DNA of 64,000 nt from Schmidtea polychroa (GCA_044892525.1 JBJFYX010000274.1:1-64000), one strand, 5' to 3'; shown: positions 7,880 through 19,255, numbered from the stretch's first letter. Notes: generated by a model from the sequence alone, not told the origin. Program-made: numbers and translations.

Positions 7880-9852
7880 GATCCTGTGACTACCCATAAC
7901 TTTGTGTATATGAATCCGGTCACCATAAGTGGCCACTGCTTGCTTTTATTTGTCTTTTATCTGTTAATTAAAGTATTAGTCAGTTAATTTAAATTTTTAT
8001 TTTTTTGTGTGAATGTTGAATTGTGAGATCAGATTAGATACCAAAGGAAGTATGATGTGAGTGGATAATATTATGTGAATTGCGGGACGCAATTTTAACG
8101 GGCCCCGGAGTGATTTGTTGGGCTAAGTTTTGAAGTAGAGAAAAACTGGGTTAAATCGGGAAACGAGCCGCGAAAAATATAAACGAAATATAATAAAAAT
8201 AAATCCCCATCAAACCTCAATAATAAATAAGGAAACAATAAAATACCCATAAAAAGAAATAAGAATAAATGATAAATAAATAAAGCCCTTAAGAATTAGA
8301 AATAGGACATAAGAGAAATGAGTTAAAGCACAATAAATAAAGTAAAAATAGAATAAGCAAAAAGGTAAGAGAAAATAAACGAGAAATTAAAGCAATAAAT
8401 AAAAAATAAAAATATCTTTAAGTTTAATTAAAACAAAAATTGCATTATGATAAAGTAGCAGTGAACCCGCAGAAAAAATAGGAGAAAAATAAGAAAAATA
8501 GGAAAAATAAATAAAATAATAATAAGAAATAAGTTAAGTTATTAAAAGCTAATATATTATAATAAAAACATAAAATAATAATAAATATTAAAAATTACAA
8601 CCTAACTAAGTCCTGATTGGATGGAAAATAGTATATAAGAAACGCTAAAAATCAGTAGAGTACCACTTTAATCAAAAACTCTACAGGTTTCAAGATTTTA
8701 TTCACAAACTACTACAGAGGACTAATCCAAAGAAGACTAATTTGAATTGAGGAAGAAACATACAGCGAACTATTTACAGCATTATACAGGAAAACCTTAG
8801 CCGATTTAACCCAGTTATTTAATCTCAAGGTATGGTAGGATATTTTTAGGTTTGATTTTATGATAGATATGATGGAATTTAATAAATATTTATAATTGAT
8901 ATTAAATTTTGTAAATAACAAGGAAAATTTGTTCAATAAATTTATTTAAAAACAGAACCTGCCTTTCTTCATGGAGCCGACGACTGTACCTTCTGATGAT
9001 TTCAAGTATGATGCCAAATGGAGAGAGTAGCCCCGAGGAATATTATGATATGTAGCCAAGAAATGTTGCGCGGATATTGGATCAGGAGCAAGCGATAATA
9101 GTGGATACGATGCCAATACTGTAAGGGAATATTGGGTTGGAAAATGAGAAAGCATCATACTTGGAACTCAGACGATATGGTCGCCGGTAATTTGATTCAT
9201 TTACTTGATTATTATTTGTTCCATTTTTATTATTTATATCTGAAATTTGTTTTTAAATTGCTGAATGCGAAAGAGTCGACTGGTCCCTCATGATCGTCCG
9301 AGAATGGCGGCAGAGATGATTGCCTTCTTGGGTGTGTTATGAGGGGTGTAGAGGCTCAGTAGGTTGGGATAACAGGCTGAAGGATGGAATTTCTTCACCG
9401 AGCTCGCATCGTTCTTAGCAAGTTCCATAGCTTCAATAAGTCACATCGATACTTCTAATAATAGCGGAGGAGATTTAAGTTGAGAGCCGAAGACAGTTCG
9501 GAGTTGAGATTGACAATTTCATCAACGTATTAAGAATCCACATAGTTCGGCGAAATTTCTTCATAACGGTCAACCCGTCAGTCGGAATAGTGAACGAGAA
9601 TGTTGTCGTCAAAGCTTGGAGTATAAATCCAGTAAATTTCGCAGAGTACTGTTTTCCTCGGTATACTAGCAGAATCTGAACCGTCGATATATTAGCGATG
9701 ACACCCGTCGACGAATGCACTTTTAAGTTAAGTGATTAGCTTCGAATCGCTGATAAACATCGTTTTTCCTGAAAAGAATGTAAATAAGTAGGAGAGGTTA
9801 TCAGATTACTCACGGAGAAATGACAGAAATCGCGGACAGATCTATCGATTGG

Positions 9853-10746
9853 TCACTGACTGAATTGAGGAACCACTGTAGGAGTTATCAGTGACTTGAG
9901 AAATGAATTGCCGGCAGATGATAACTGATCGAATTGAATGACCAACGAAGCCAGATAACACCGATAATAAATTTCCACGAGGAATAATCTAATTGACGCG
10001 TGGGTAGACCTTGTCTTGTACTGGCTGCGTAATGATCGAGGCAGATTAAAAATTCTAGCTTAGTTAATGCTCATCGGATTACTATGTACAATTCCAGGGT
10101 GATACTTGTGAACACTTAGTGATAATTCCAATATATTATGTAACTGTACACACCTACACACTCCATCGTGAATCGTCTCCCAGTAGGATAGCAGAGTACC
10201 CTTGGCATTGGAATTTGGCCGTGATGTCAAAATTACATAGTAACCTGCTCGTAATTCCCTGAGTTGGTAGGCTGGTGTGTATGAACAACAGAGCAGATCG
10301 TCTCCACTGCGATTTAATACGACGTCGAATTTTCTCCACTATCACATAGAAATAGACACACATGAAAGCTCAAGGTGGAGATACTCCAACAATGCATACC
10401 GACTCAGTTGATAAATATAAGAATAATGCACACACCTACAGGTAGGCGTCACTAGGGCGACAGAAGTAGCGCGATTTTTAAAAGAATTTTTGGAATTTAA
10501 ATTATAATTAGCTAATAGTATATATTTAAAGTCCTTTATGTCAATTCGTAATAACAATGCGCCATAAGGAGAGATAAATTTTTCATGCGATTTAGCAATA
10601 CGAAGTAGGTGCAAATTAATAAACTGAAATCCCCAACGATCGGATGCTATTCTTTTCTAATGATTACGAACGTAAATATGTTTGACTATAGCAGCCGACT
10701 AAAATGCAATGGGTATGTGTTATCCGACCCGAGGTAAATTTCTCAT
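9853..10746 (-). pseudogene. Decayed antisense ORF (~298 codons, 6 in-frame stops, no frameshift) inside the putative LTR
   Basis: One frame runs from ATG 10746 through the track ORF 10342-10614 to 9853. Internal repeat CRCVxxxxIxxLS occurs twice, 94 codons apart. Confidence 0.4.
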
Positions 10747-11119
10747 CGAATAAGTTAAAATCGAGGATTCCCCGTTTTTCTTCTCTCCATCACCTTGAAT
10801 CAATAAATCGATCGAAATGTTGTTTCCTAAATGAGTGAATGAGGAGTGTTGAATTGTGTGAAAACAAGTTGTTTTATTGTATGCCGTGGCGTGGTATGAT
10901 GAGTGAAATCTTTGAGTTTAGTGTCTCGATAGAATTTGGAACTAGATATATTTTAACCGTTAAAACGGATTACTAGAGAAAACTTAGCTGAGACATTAAA
11001 AACATCAAATTATGAATCAAAACACTTCGTGAGAATTTCAGAATTATAACCAATAAATTCTTGTACTGGATACCTTAATAAGTATCGCAATTCGGTTTGA
11101 ACTATGATTAACTTTCTAG

Positions 11120-11881
11120 ATGACAACACCATCCAACAACGCCCAAGAACTTCGTCCGTGTTTCTCTTGCGCTGACAAGAACTCGGACATCTCTCAACTT
11201 CATTTATATATAGGGGCCCTCAAGAAGAGGATAGATCTTTATGAAGGAACGTGGTTCTCCCCGCCACAGATGAAGGAGGAAAAGGCTAAGATCCTCAGGT
11301 TAGAACATTGTAGGGACAGCCTACTAGAAGAAAGCCGATGCCAAAAGCTCACAATAAAAGCACAATCAGAAGCCCTCCATAAGGTCTACATGGAGGCAGA
11401 AATAGCAAAGCGGGTACGCGAATATCCCGTGTTGGATGGATCGAATGTCTTTCCTCTCCATCACCAGTCATCTACAACTCCCACCTCAGCTTGTCGAGGG
11501 CACGGTTCCCATCTACCGCCCATCCCAGCCCCAGTGCTGTCAGGATACTTACCTATGAAAGGGGGTCCATCTGACCCAATTCTGGCCCCGGTCCTAGTGG
11601 CACCCACAGTATCTACTACTGTTGGAGGAAATCCGCCATCACGCAAACGCAAACACCCAACTAGGGCCGAGAAGACTAAGAAACGAAGAAATGCAATGAA
11701 GGCGCTCGAGGCTTCTTTGTTTGCAGCGCAGACGACAATAGCAGAGATATCCACCACTCATACGATTCCCTCGAAAGAAGTTTTCCATATCATTCCAGCT
11801 AACGGCATCAAGTTTATCTCGGATTGTAGATTGCCGGTAGACATCGACGAGTTAATTGCCGACGGAGAAAACTTTAACTAA
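11120..11881 (+). CDS. Unknown protein: CxxC, short coiled coil, Pro-rich middle, bipartite NLS-like RKRK...KKRR
   Basis: 253 aa intact ORF immediately preceded by a splice-acceptor-like TTAACTTTCTAG. Confidence 0.65.
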   Translation: MTTPSNNAQELRPCFSCADKNSDISQLHLYIGALKKRIDLYEGTWFSPPQMKEEKAKILRLEHCRDSLLEESRCQKLTIKAQSEALHKVYMEAEIAKRVREYPVLDGSNVFPLHHQSSTTPTSACRGHGSHLPPIPAPVLSGYLPMKGGPSDPILAPVLVAPTVSTTVGGNPPSRKRKHPTRAEKTKKRRNAMKALEASLFAAQTTIAEISTTHTIPSKEVFHIIPANGIKFISDCRLPVDIDELIADGENFN

Positions 11882-12406
11882 AACGGTTTGCGAGTGATCT
11901 TGAATGTATTTCGAGTCGTGAATGGACTGATAAACTTCGTTAATAATGTGCATCCTAACTGTTCGTATGATATTGTATTAATAAGTGTGATGATGTTTGT
12001 TTTATTTTCATTTCGGTATTAATATATTTTGTCTATTTGGTTCTGTTTTATAAAGTTTTTCATATGTTTGGTTTTGAGAATAAATGATTTAGTGTTGTGG
12101 AAGGAAAGCTAGTAGGCTAACGGTCGTTCCCTTGGACCAGGATCGAACCAAGACTGAAGCATGAATAAGGGTAAGTCCTTCTAAGGCACCAGTGAACCTG
12201 AACCGCGAGCGGGCTATCAGTAGTCCTAAGATAGGGGCTCACCTGTTAGTCAGCTCCGACCCGTATGGGCACTACCAACGTGGAACATCACCACGGGCTC
12301 ATGCGTGGGAATATGTAAATGATCATTTGGCGTATGTATGGGAGGTGTCTGAGCTAACCAATGCGGTCGGTATGATAATGGTTGTGTAAGTTTTCTTCTC
12401 CCTCAC

Positions 12407-12547
12407 ATGCCAACACTAATGCAGAAGATCCATGATCGCCGATATCTGATACAAGACCAAAGTTGGAAAATGCTTCAAAGAAATGTTGAAAAGATGAAGG
12501 AATTTCTTAAAGAATGGGGATGTGAGATGTTTTCAGCTGAGAATTAA
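12407..12547 (+). CDS. Orphan terminal coding fragment MPTLMQKIHDRRYLIQDQSWKMLQRNVEKMKEFLKEWGCEMFSAEN
   Basis: 46 open codons, protein-like, followed by AATAAA. A GTAAGT...CTAAT...CAG intron-like stretch occupies 12386-12424. Origin (host or element) is unresolved. Confidence 0.3.
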   Translation: MPTLMQKIHDRRYLIQDQSWKMLQRNVEKMKEFLKEWGCEMFSAEN

Positions 12548-13082
12548 ATATTTCAATGATTTATTAAGATATTTTAAATGATAAATAAAGGACTATAAAA
12601 ATATTTTTCAAAATAATTTTTAAATTGAATTTTTTAAATTGAAAAATTAAATAAGCTTTTTGAAAGAAGTTTTATTAGTAAATAATTTTTAAATAAATAT
12701 ATTTTAAATATCGAAATTTTAGTAAACGGTTTTCAAAATATTTTATTCAACGCTGAAAATTTGTTTGAAAATTATACAATATTTCATTAAATAAATACTT
12801 GGAATTATGACGTTAACCTTTTAACCGGATTTAAAAAATAATTTAGATGTTTTAGCAGCTTCTAATAAAAATTATTAAATGTTTGTCTGTTTTAAAATAT
12901 TTTATTTTTGAGATAAAGACAAATACAAATAACAATTACAAAATATTCATAAAATCAGATTAAAATCAGCACATTAAAAATTGCAATCACTATTATAAGC
13001 AATTCTTTGTCCAAACTTGTGAATTTAAAAGTGTAAGGTCAATTATTTTAAGAAAAATTTCATGAAAAAAATTTTCCTAAAA

Positions 13083-15802
13083 TCAGTACATCATAATCCC
13101 ATCTTCCTTGCAATGATTATCATCCGGTCGCTTTTGAATTATAATTGAACAGTCGATGGAAGTTATAGTGTAAAATGATAAATTGAAAATAAATCCGATG
13201 ATTCCACCAATAATTAAGTAAAACGCATTGTCCAGATGAATGTTTTTATTAATGTACCAACCAAAATTTTTTTCATCAAATGACAATAAAACTAAAACGG
13301 CTTTCTGACTTAAAAAATCATAACCAACTAACGCAGCCACAATTAAATCGATAACTGTAAAAATAATAATATTAATATTTAAATTAAAAATAAGCCTAAA
13401 ATATTTTATGTCAATAAATATAAATTAGAGCAGGGCAGTTCAAATCATATTGATTTCCACAAAGAGAAAAAGTAAATTGAAACCATTATTAAAGATTTGA
13501 ATATAATTTCATTTGGTAGTTATAAGATTAAATAATAATACGTGATATATATACCTCTTGTGTGTGTACAACATATAAATATTGGGACAAATAATAAACG
13601 ATAATATAATCTTAGGACACAGACAATCAAGGTTAATCAATTAAAAATGCTGGCATTTATATCTATTACTCATATTGACTTACATAACATAACGTAAGAC
13701 AGGCCTGGGTAAACCACGTCCCACCAATTATTTCTGTGAAGGCCTCGAGGTTTAATTGTATTTATGAAAAAAAGTTTACTTTTTCTACATTTAAACGCCT
13801 TTTTAAAAATAAAAATTAAATATACATATAATACATTAAATAAATTGTCAACTTGTTAATTATTTTATCATCTCTGACTTCGTTCAAGCTGAGACAGAAT
13901 TTGAAATTGTTCCCGAACAAACCGAACCAATGTCAGAGAGAAAGATGAAAATTTAGGATAAAATTTACAATTGTCCTTATTACAATTTAACTTGGCCAAA
14001 TTGTTTCAGTGAGTATGGAACTTAAAAGAAAATATTATTCTTTTTTAAGAAATGAAAAATATTGTGAAATTTCTTGAATTAACTGATATTAACTGTCTTT
14101 TTGATTTTGGCATTTATTCTGAACATTATGACACACTTAAATACATTCAACACTGTGTTACAAGGAAAGAATTATATCCACACAATATGAGTAAATGTTT
14201 GAATGGATTTCAATTAAAACATACTATTTATTCAACTATTATTGATAACAAAAAATAGAAACAAGCTTGGCAATAGTACGCGATTTATTTCCAAAAGATT
14301 TATAAAATACCTAATGGGCTACAACTTGAAATTATCGACCTGCAGTGTGATAGATTTAAGGGTATTGTACCATCGAGAAGGAATCTGCATATTTCATGAA
14401 ACTATTAATTCGGACAAATTCGAACAAACTTTTCAATTATCAATATCAATAAAAACTATTTGTGATCAATCATCACTGAATTTGTGAATTTTCAAATTAT
14501 TTTATTTGATCTGAATAAATTATTGTAAAAGATCGTAGAAATAAATTTACTATAAAAACTTCATAATAAATGAAAATAAAAAGGTCAAGCTGAAAAAAAT
14601 CCATTACTATTTCAAATAATTAAAAGCAATAAAATAAGCGTTAATAAAATGATTATGAATAATTTATTAAGAAAAACAAAAAGACAATACCGAAATATGT
14701 CTGAATGCATTTCATTTGAAATCTAATAAAAAGTAATTGTTTTTATTTTATTATTTACTTTGAAATGATTGCATTAGCAGTTTATTTGATAAAAGTTTAC
14801 TTTTAATGTTTTGTTTAGCTCATTAAATTAATGTTTCAATAGTAGAATAGTTTAAATCTGACTGAACATGTTATTTATTCAGTAACAAACACGTCAGAAT
14901 ATTGAAACTCTACTCACAATTCAAAATCACACGAATATCTCCATCAGATATTAGATCCACAATCAAACTTGATCTCTTTAATTTCTTCGTTGTCGAATAG
15001 CAAATTTTTTTTCAAATCTTGAAAAATATTATTTTGTTTATTAATCGATTTGAATTTTTGTTTAAAAATTATTTGGCATGGACTTTTTTAAAAATGGCTA
15101 CCTGATTCCACTTCTCCCGTATTGATATTGATATTTCCACAATGAATTAATTTTTAATTAATATTGTTATATTCAAACAATTGTATTAAATTTTTAATAT
15201 TGCAAGAAGTTGATTTATATTTTTTAATTTTCAATATAAACAAATAAATAAAAGCAAAAAATAAAATAATAAAAACAATTTCATGCATTTAATTTCTAAA
15301 ATCTTACTTCCAAATATGTTCCACAAATAAATTAGTATTGGCTTACTGAGAAAGTGTTGGGGAGATCTATTGATCACAATAAAGAAAAAAAGCATGTTTA
15401 AAAAAGCCGAAAATATTCCCAAGCATAAAAATATTTGAACAACAATCCACTCAATAAATGTGTAAAAATTGTCTTTTACAGAAGTAATTACTGAAACATT
15501 TTATAATTATAATTTTAAAAATAATTAAACATACAGTCGATGTATTTTATTTTCACTATATACCCTCCTCCATAATCAAGGGACTCTGTTCCACTGAATA
15601 ATCCAATTGATATCGTTCCAGTTAGTAAATTTGAAGATATATTTTGACCGGTGTCATAAATATTTTGAGTAAAATTTCTTTCGATCTCATATCGACACCA
15701 AAGTGGTAATCCAATAGACAATGAAATTATAGAAAGAATACATAAATTCATTATTATTTCAAAAATTAAAAATGCTTTCCGATATCGTTTATTTTTAATC
15801 AT
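13083..15802 (-). CDS. CLRN: Clarin-family four-TM protein; exons 15802-15535, 15490-15308, 13354-13083 (240 aa)
   Basis: GT-AG introns with matching phases give an open 723-nt CDS. SIGLPLW, GTISIGLFSG...YGGG, PILIYLWN and C-terminal DGIMMY match clarin hallmarks. Confidence 0.85.
13950..14490 (+). mobile_element. Degenerate Buster/Charlie-type hAT transposase fragment inside clarin intron 2
   Basis: LQLEIIDLQCD and a frameshifted EQTFSIININK, typical of GTF2IRD2/Charlie-like C-termini; many stops. Confidence 0.6.
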
Positions 15803-15971
15803 TTTAATAGAATATTATTCATCGTTTACAGATTTTTAGGAAAAATTATTTCTATTTAGAGATTTAATAAAATATTTAAATTATTTTCAAACGATTGTAT
15901 TTTCATGTTGATAAAGTAAAACAAACATTTCATAATGACATTTTCAAATGATAAACCATATTAAAATCGTC

Positions 15972-15974
<3 letters not shown>

Positions 15975-16032
<58 letters not shown>
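15975..16032. repeat. (TA)n microsatellite
   Basis: Pure TA run. Confidence 0.97.
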
Positions 16033-16036
<4 letters not shown>

Positions 16037-17065
16037 TTCTATGCTGATCTATATCTAATATATCTAATTAATTTTTATTATTTTGGATAAAGCTAATAAT
16101 AAGATTAAAAAAATCACCAGAGCAAATAAATTATTTGCTCTTATATATTAAGTGAAGATATTAAGGGGTTATTAGACATATTTGGTTTTATTATTTTACC
16201 TAAAAATTTATTTTGGGTCATTTTTGACTCCATTCTACATAGTTAATTTTACATTTATAATTTCAATCACATATCGAATTTATTCTTATCAACACCAAAA
16301 AAATTATAACGAAATTGTATCTAGAGCAACACAATCCTGACATTGATATAATCAGATATTTTAAAATCCTTAATTTGCTTTGGGGGAATTTTTAACCCCA
16401 CATTGAGTGTTAAAATATTGGAACAAATATTAGGAAACATAATTGCCATAGAAGATGGTGGTATAAATTCTAACTAGTGGCGCAACCAGGAATTTTGAAG
16501 ATGTCAAAAATATTTTACTACAATTTCGCTTATAAGCAATATAAGGTTATAAATTTATTTTAACTTGTATTATAAATACAATTTATTTAACTAAACATAA
16601 GTTATTACCACGATTGTAAAAGGTGAATTATAAAAATAAACACGTAATAAAACCAATCGGTTGGTACGCATCAAGTGGGATTTGCAAAAGGACTGAAGAG
16701 AAAAATATAAACAACCAAAAATAAACAATAATCATTAATTAGATAGTAATTGTCCAATTTTCTATTTTGCTGTAAATGGTGCAGGTATCGGTAAGTTATA
16801 CGTATTCTGATAATATCGTAGTTATTATACACCTTTTGTTTTAGGATTGCATCAGCTCTTTGATTTAGTTCATTAAATATCATATCTGCTGAATACCGAA
16901 ATTCCTCAAATTTGGTATTTACATCTTCACATATTTTAATATGTCACCAGATCAATTGATAACCTTTGCAACACCCTGCTTAATGGCAATGTGTACGAAA
17001 ATATTTTACTATCGTCAAGAGATAAAAAAAATTAGGACATTTTATTGCACAAAGTAAACCATGTA

Positions 17066-17303
17066 TGGTATCAGGACAATATCCCCCTTGACAATATCCC
17101 CCTGGGCAACAGCCCCTGGACAAATACCCCCCCCCACTCTTATTAATAATGCGTATATTTTAGTATGTATATAATAATAAAGACATTGTAGTTTATTAAC
17201 TAGTAATTATTATAAATTAATTATTTAATTAAATTATTCTTTAGTTAATTAATTGTTTATTAATTGTCCAAGGGGCTGTTGTCCAGATGGATATTGTATA
17301 CCC
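17066..17303. mobile_element. MITE with GGACAA...CCCC subterminal repeats in inverted orientation
   Basis: CAGCCCCTGGACAA on the left mirrors TTGTCCAAGGGGCTG on the right; AT-rich core. Confidence 0.6.
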
Positions 17304-18800
17304 GAAAAAGATTTTGTCCTTCCATGTTTTAGTCTTTTTTAGAGATTGAATAATGGAATTGAACAATTCAACTATTATCATAATTGTGTCATGTCATTCA
17401 ATCCAGCGTGTTGAACAGAGTTTTTCAATTTTACTTTATTTGTATCAAAAGATTTTAATGGAATAAATGGATTTCTTTTTGGTGTAAGTAAATCGTTCTA
17501 CGGCTTGCTTAGACTGAAATTAAAAGAATATATGTCTCATTAGCCTCTCAGTGGTAAACCGTTTCTGCGAAAAACCAAAACTGATTTAATTATAGATGTG
17601 AGTTTGATTCTTTTTCTTGAGCCAGTTTTTCTCTTACTGTATGGCTTATTTCAATAATAGACTATCATCTTCCGCCAAAAGCATTTTTAAAATTGCCGGA
17701 ACACAAGACTGAAAATTAGTATTTTTATGTTCTTTGAGATTGTCATTTACTTTACTTCTAAGTGGTTCTTTTATGAACTACCTAGTAGATTGAGATTTAA
17801 AAGTAAGTACAGTTTTTAAAGTTCAAATTAACCCGTTATGGATAATCTAAAAGTCACGAATAATTAAATCTTCTTTTAACTTTTTCCTTTTGTATTATAA
17901 ACAAATTTTATACTATTAAAAAATCCTTTTTATTAATTTTGGTAAAAGAGACTGTTGACAAGTTTATTAAAAATCCTAAGGATCCATCTTTGAGAAATTC
18001 TGGGTATGATGTTGCTGAGGTGTGTGAGTCTGATGAGTTAAAATCTGGGTGTGATTTTGTTGAGGTGTGTGAATCTGATGAGTCAAATATTTATACTATG
18101 CTGCATCATTTTAAAGGTAATCTGGGATTTTTTTCAAAATCTAATGAAAATGATGATAAATTTTCAGGTTTCCATTATGCCTGTCAAACTCTGAGATCCT
18201 ATTTTTTGAAAGAAATGATTTATAACTTCAACAAAATTTGAATTAATCCATTTATAATTTTTCAATTGCATTTTCTGGGAATCTTTAATAAATTTAAAAT
18301 TAGCATAATCATTTTAAACTCATACTTTCCTTCGAAAATATCGATTTTGTTCGGATTTTTAATTAATTTTGCATTGAATTTAAATCTTATTTTTATCCTT
18401 TAACATAACTCCGACAATCACAATTTAATTGTATATTCTCTGATAATTTTTGTCACCAGTTAGTAAAAATGTGTAATTTTCAAAAAATTAAGTTTTTCTT
18501 CAGCCAATATTTTGAGTTTATTGTGATTCAATATTTGCATAGGAATTAACAATTCACACAATAAACTATTCCCTTTACTCAGAATGATATGCGCATCATT
18601 CATTTACAAGCTCAATAATCATTAAAAATGATGAACTATTAAAATCTCCAAACGTTAGCCTTTAAAAGTAGTCTGGATTTCCAGGATCATTTCAATCAAA
18701 GGGCTCAGTGAATAGAAGTGAGTTATGGGTTTCTGCACGGGGATACAAATGAACCAATAAAGATTATGATATGCCAATATATAGTTTTCCCTGGTCAAAT
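17300..18800 (-). mobile_element. Heavily decayed hAT (ZMYM-like) transposase relic
   Basis: Remnant motifs RRNGLPLRG and NDPGNP on the minus strand; many stops. Confidence 0.35.
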
Positions 18801-19000
18801 TTAGATCAAACATCTCTATAACGTGATTTGAGCTTTCTGAAAGTTGTATGCAACGGCGAGGAGAGATGGATTATGCTATTGATCAATGTAAGTATATATT
18901 AATAGTATATAGTGAGTATATTCATAGGGTAACAGCCAAAAATCCGTCTCATCCACATTAAAAAACTGCTTCAACCAATTGAATCTTTGCTTTTTTAATA

Positions 19001-19255
19001 CACTCATACCTCGCTATACGGCTTTTCGCTATAACGGCCTACTTTAATTACGGCACTTTTTCGATTTACGGCCTAAAATGTTTCGTTATACGGCCAAAAA
19101 AAGTGTGAAAAAAATGAATCCAGCCAATGGATCAAGGTGCAATAGCCACTTTTAAGGCATATTATTTACGTAGAACATTTGATTCGTTATGCGGCGTTTC
19201 GCTTTGCGGCCAACTTTCCTGGAACGTATCTAGGCCGTAAAGCGAGGTATGAGTG
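19001..19255. mobile_element. Tc1/mariner/pogo-type MITE, 255 bp
   Basis: 22-bp TIR CACTCATACCTCGCT(A/T)TACGGC, flanked by TA on both sides. Confidence 0.9.

Larger units (their letters stand above)
1..12407 (+). mobile_element. Large virus-like or giant retroelement segment: cargo-gene cassette plus putative 3' LTR; 5' part lies outside the window
   Basis: Seven tightly packed, intronless, same-strand ORFs with 50-220 bp spacers and strong A>>T skew, unlike the intron-rich host genes downstream. Composition switches to host-like AT-rich DNA after ~12.55 kb. LTR-like ends at 8056 and 12407. No RT, integrase or capsid in the window, so the class is inferred. Confidence 0.75.
8056..12407 (+). 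repeat. Putative long (4.35 kb) 3' LTR of the giant element
   Basis: Purine-rich AAAGGAAGTATGA (8043-8055) directly before TGTGAG; ends CTCACA at 12407 (6-bp inverted termini). AATAAA at 12079 followed by GT-rich sequence. The second LTR copy is not in the window. Confidence 0.45.

Noticed and set aside
10291-10308. SGDDLL on the minus strand resembling RdRp motif C
   Set aside because: No motif A (DxxxxD) or motif B (SG...T...N) at suitable spacing; a 3-4 residue match is expected by chance.
8946-10746. Alternative genetic code (TAA/TAG = Gln) to explain in-frame stops
   Set aside because: TGA stops also interrupt these frames, and both cassette and host genes terminate normally at TAA/TAG.
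12380-12420. Maverick/Polinton terminus
   Set aside because: No AG/AGT-repeat terminal motif and no pPolB, integrase, ATPase or capsid gene in the window; not excluded, but unsupported.
17999-18088. 45-bp tandem duplication inside ORF 17939-18241, considered as CRISPR-like or a real gene
   Set aside because: Only two adjacent units with no spacer, in a eukaryotic TE relic; the ORF has no other support.
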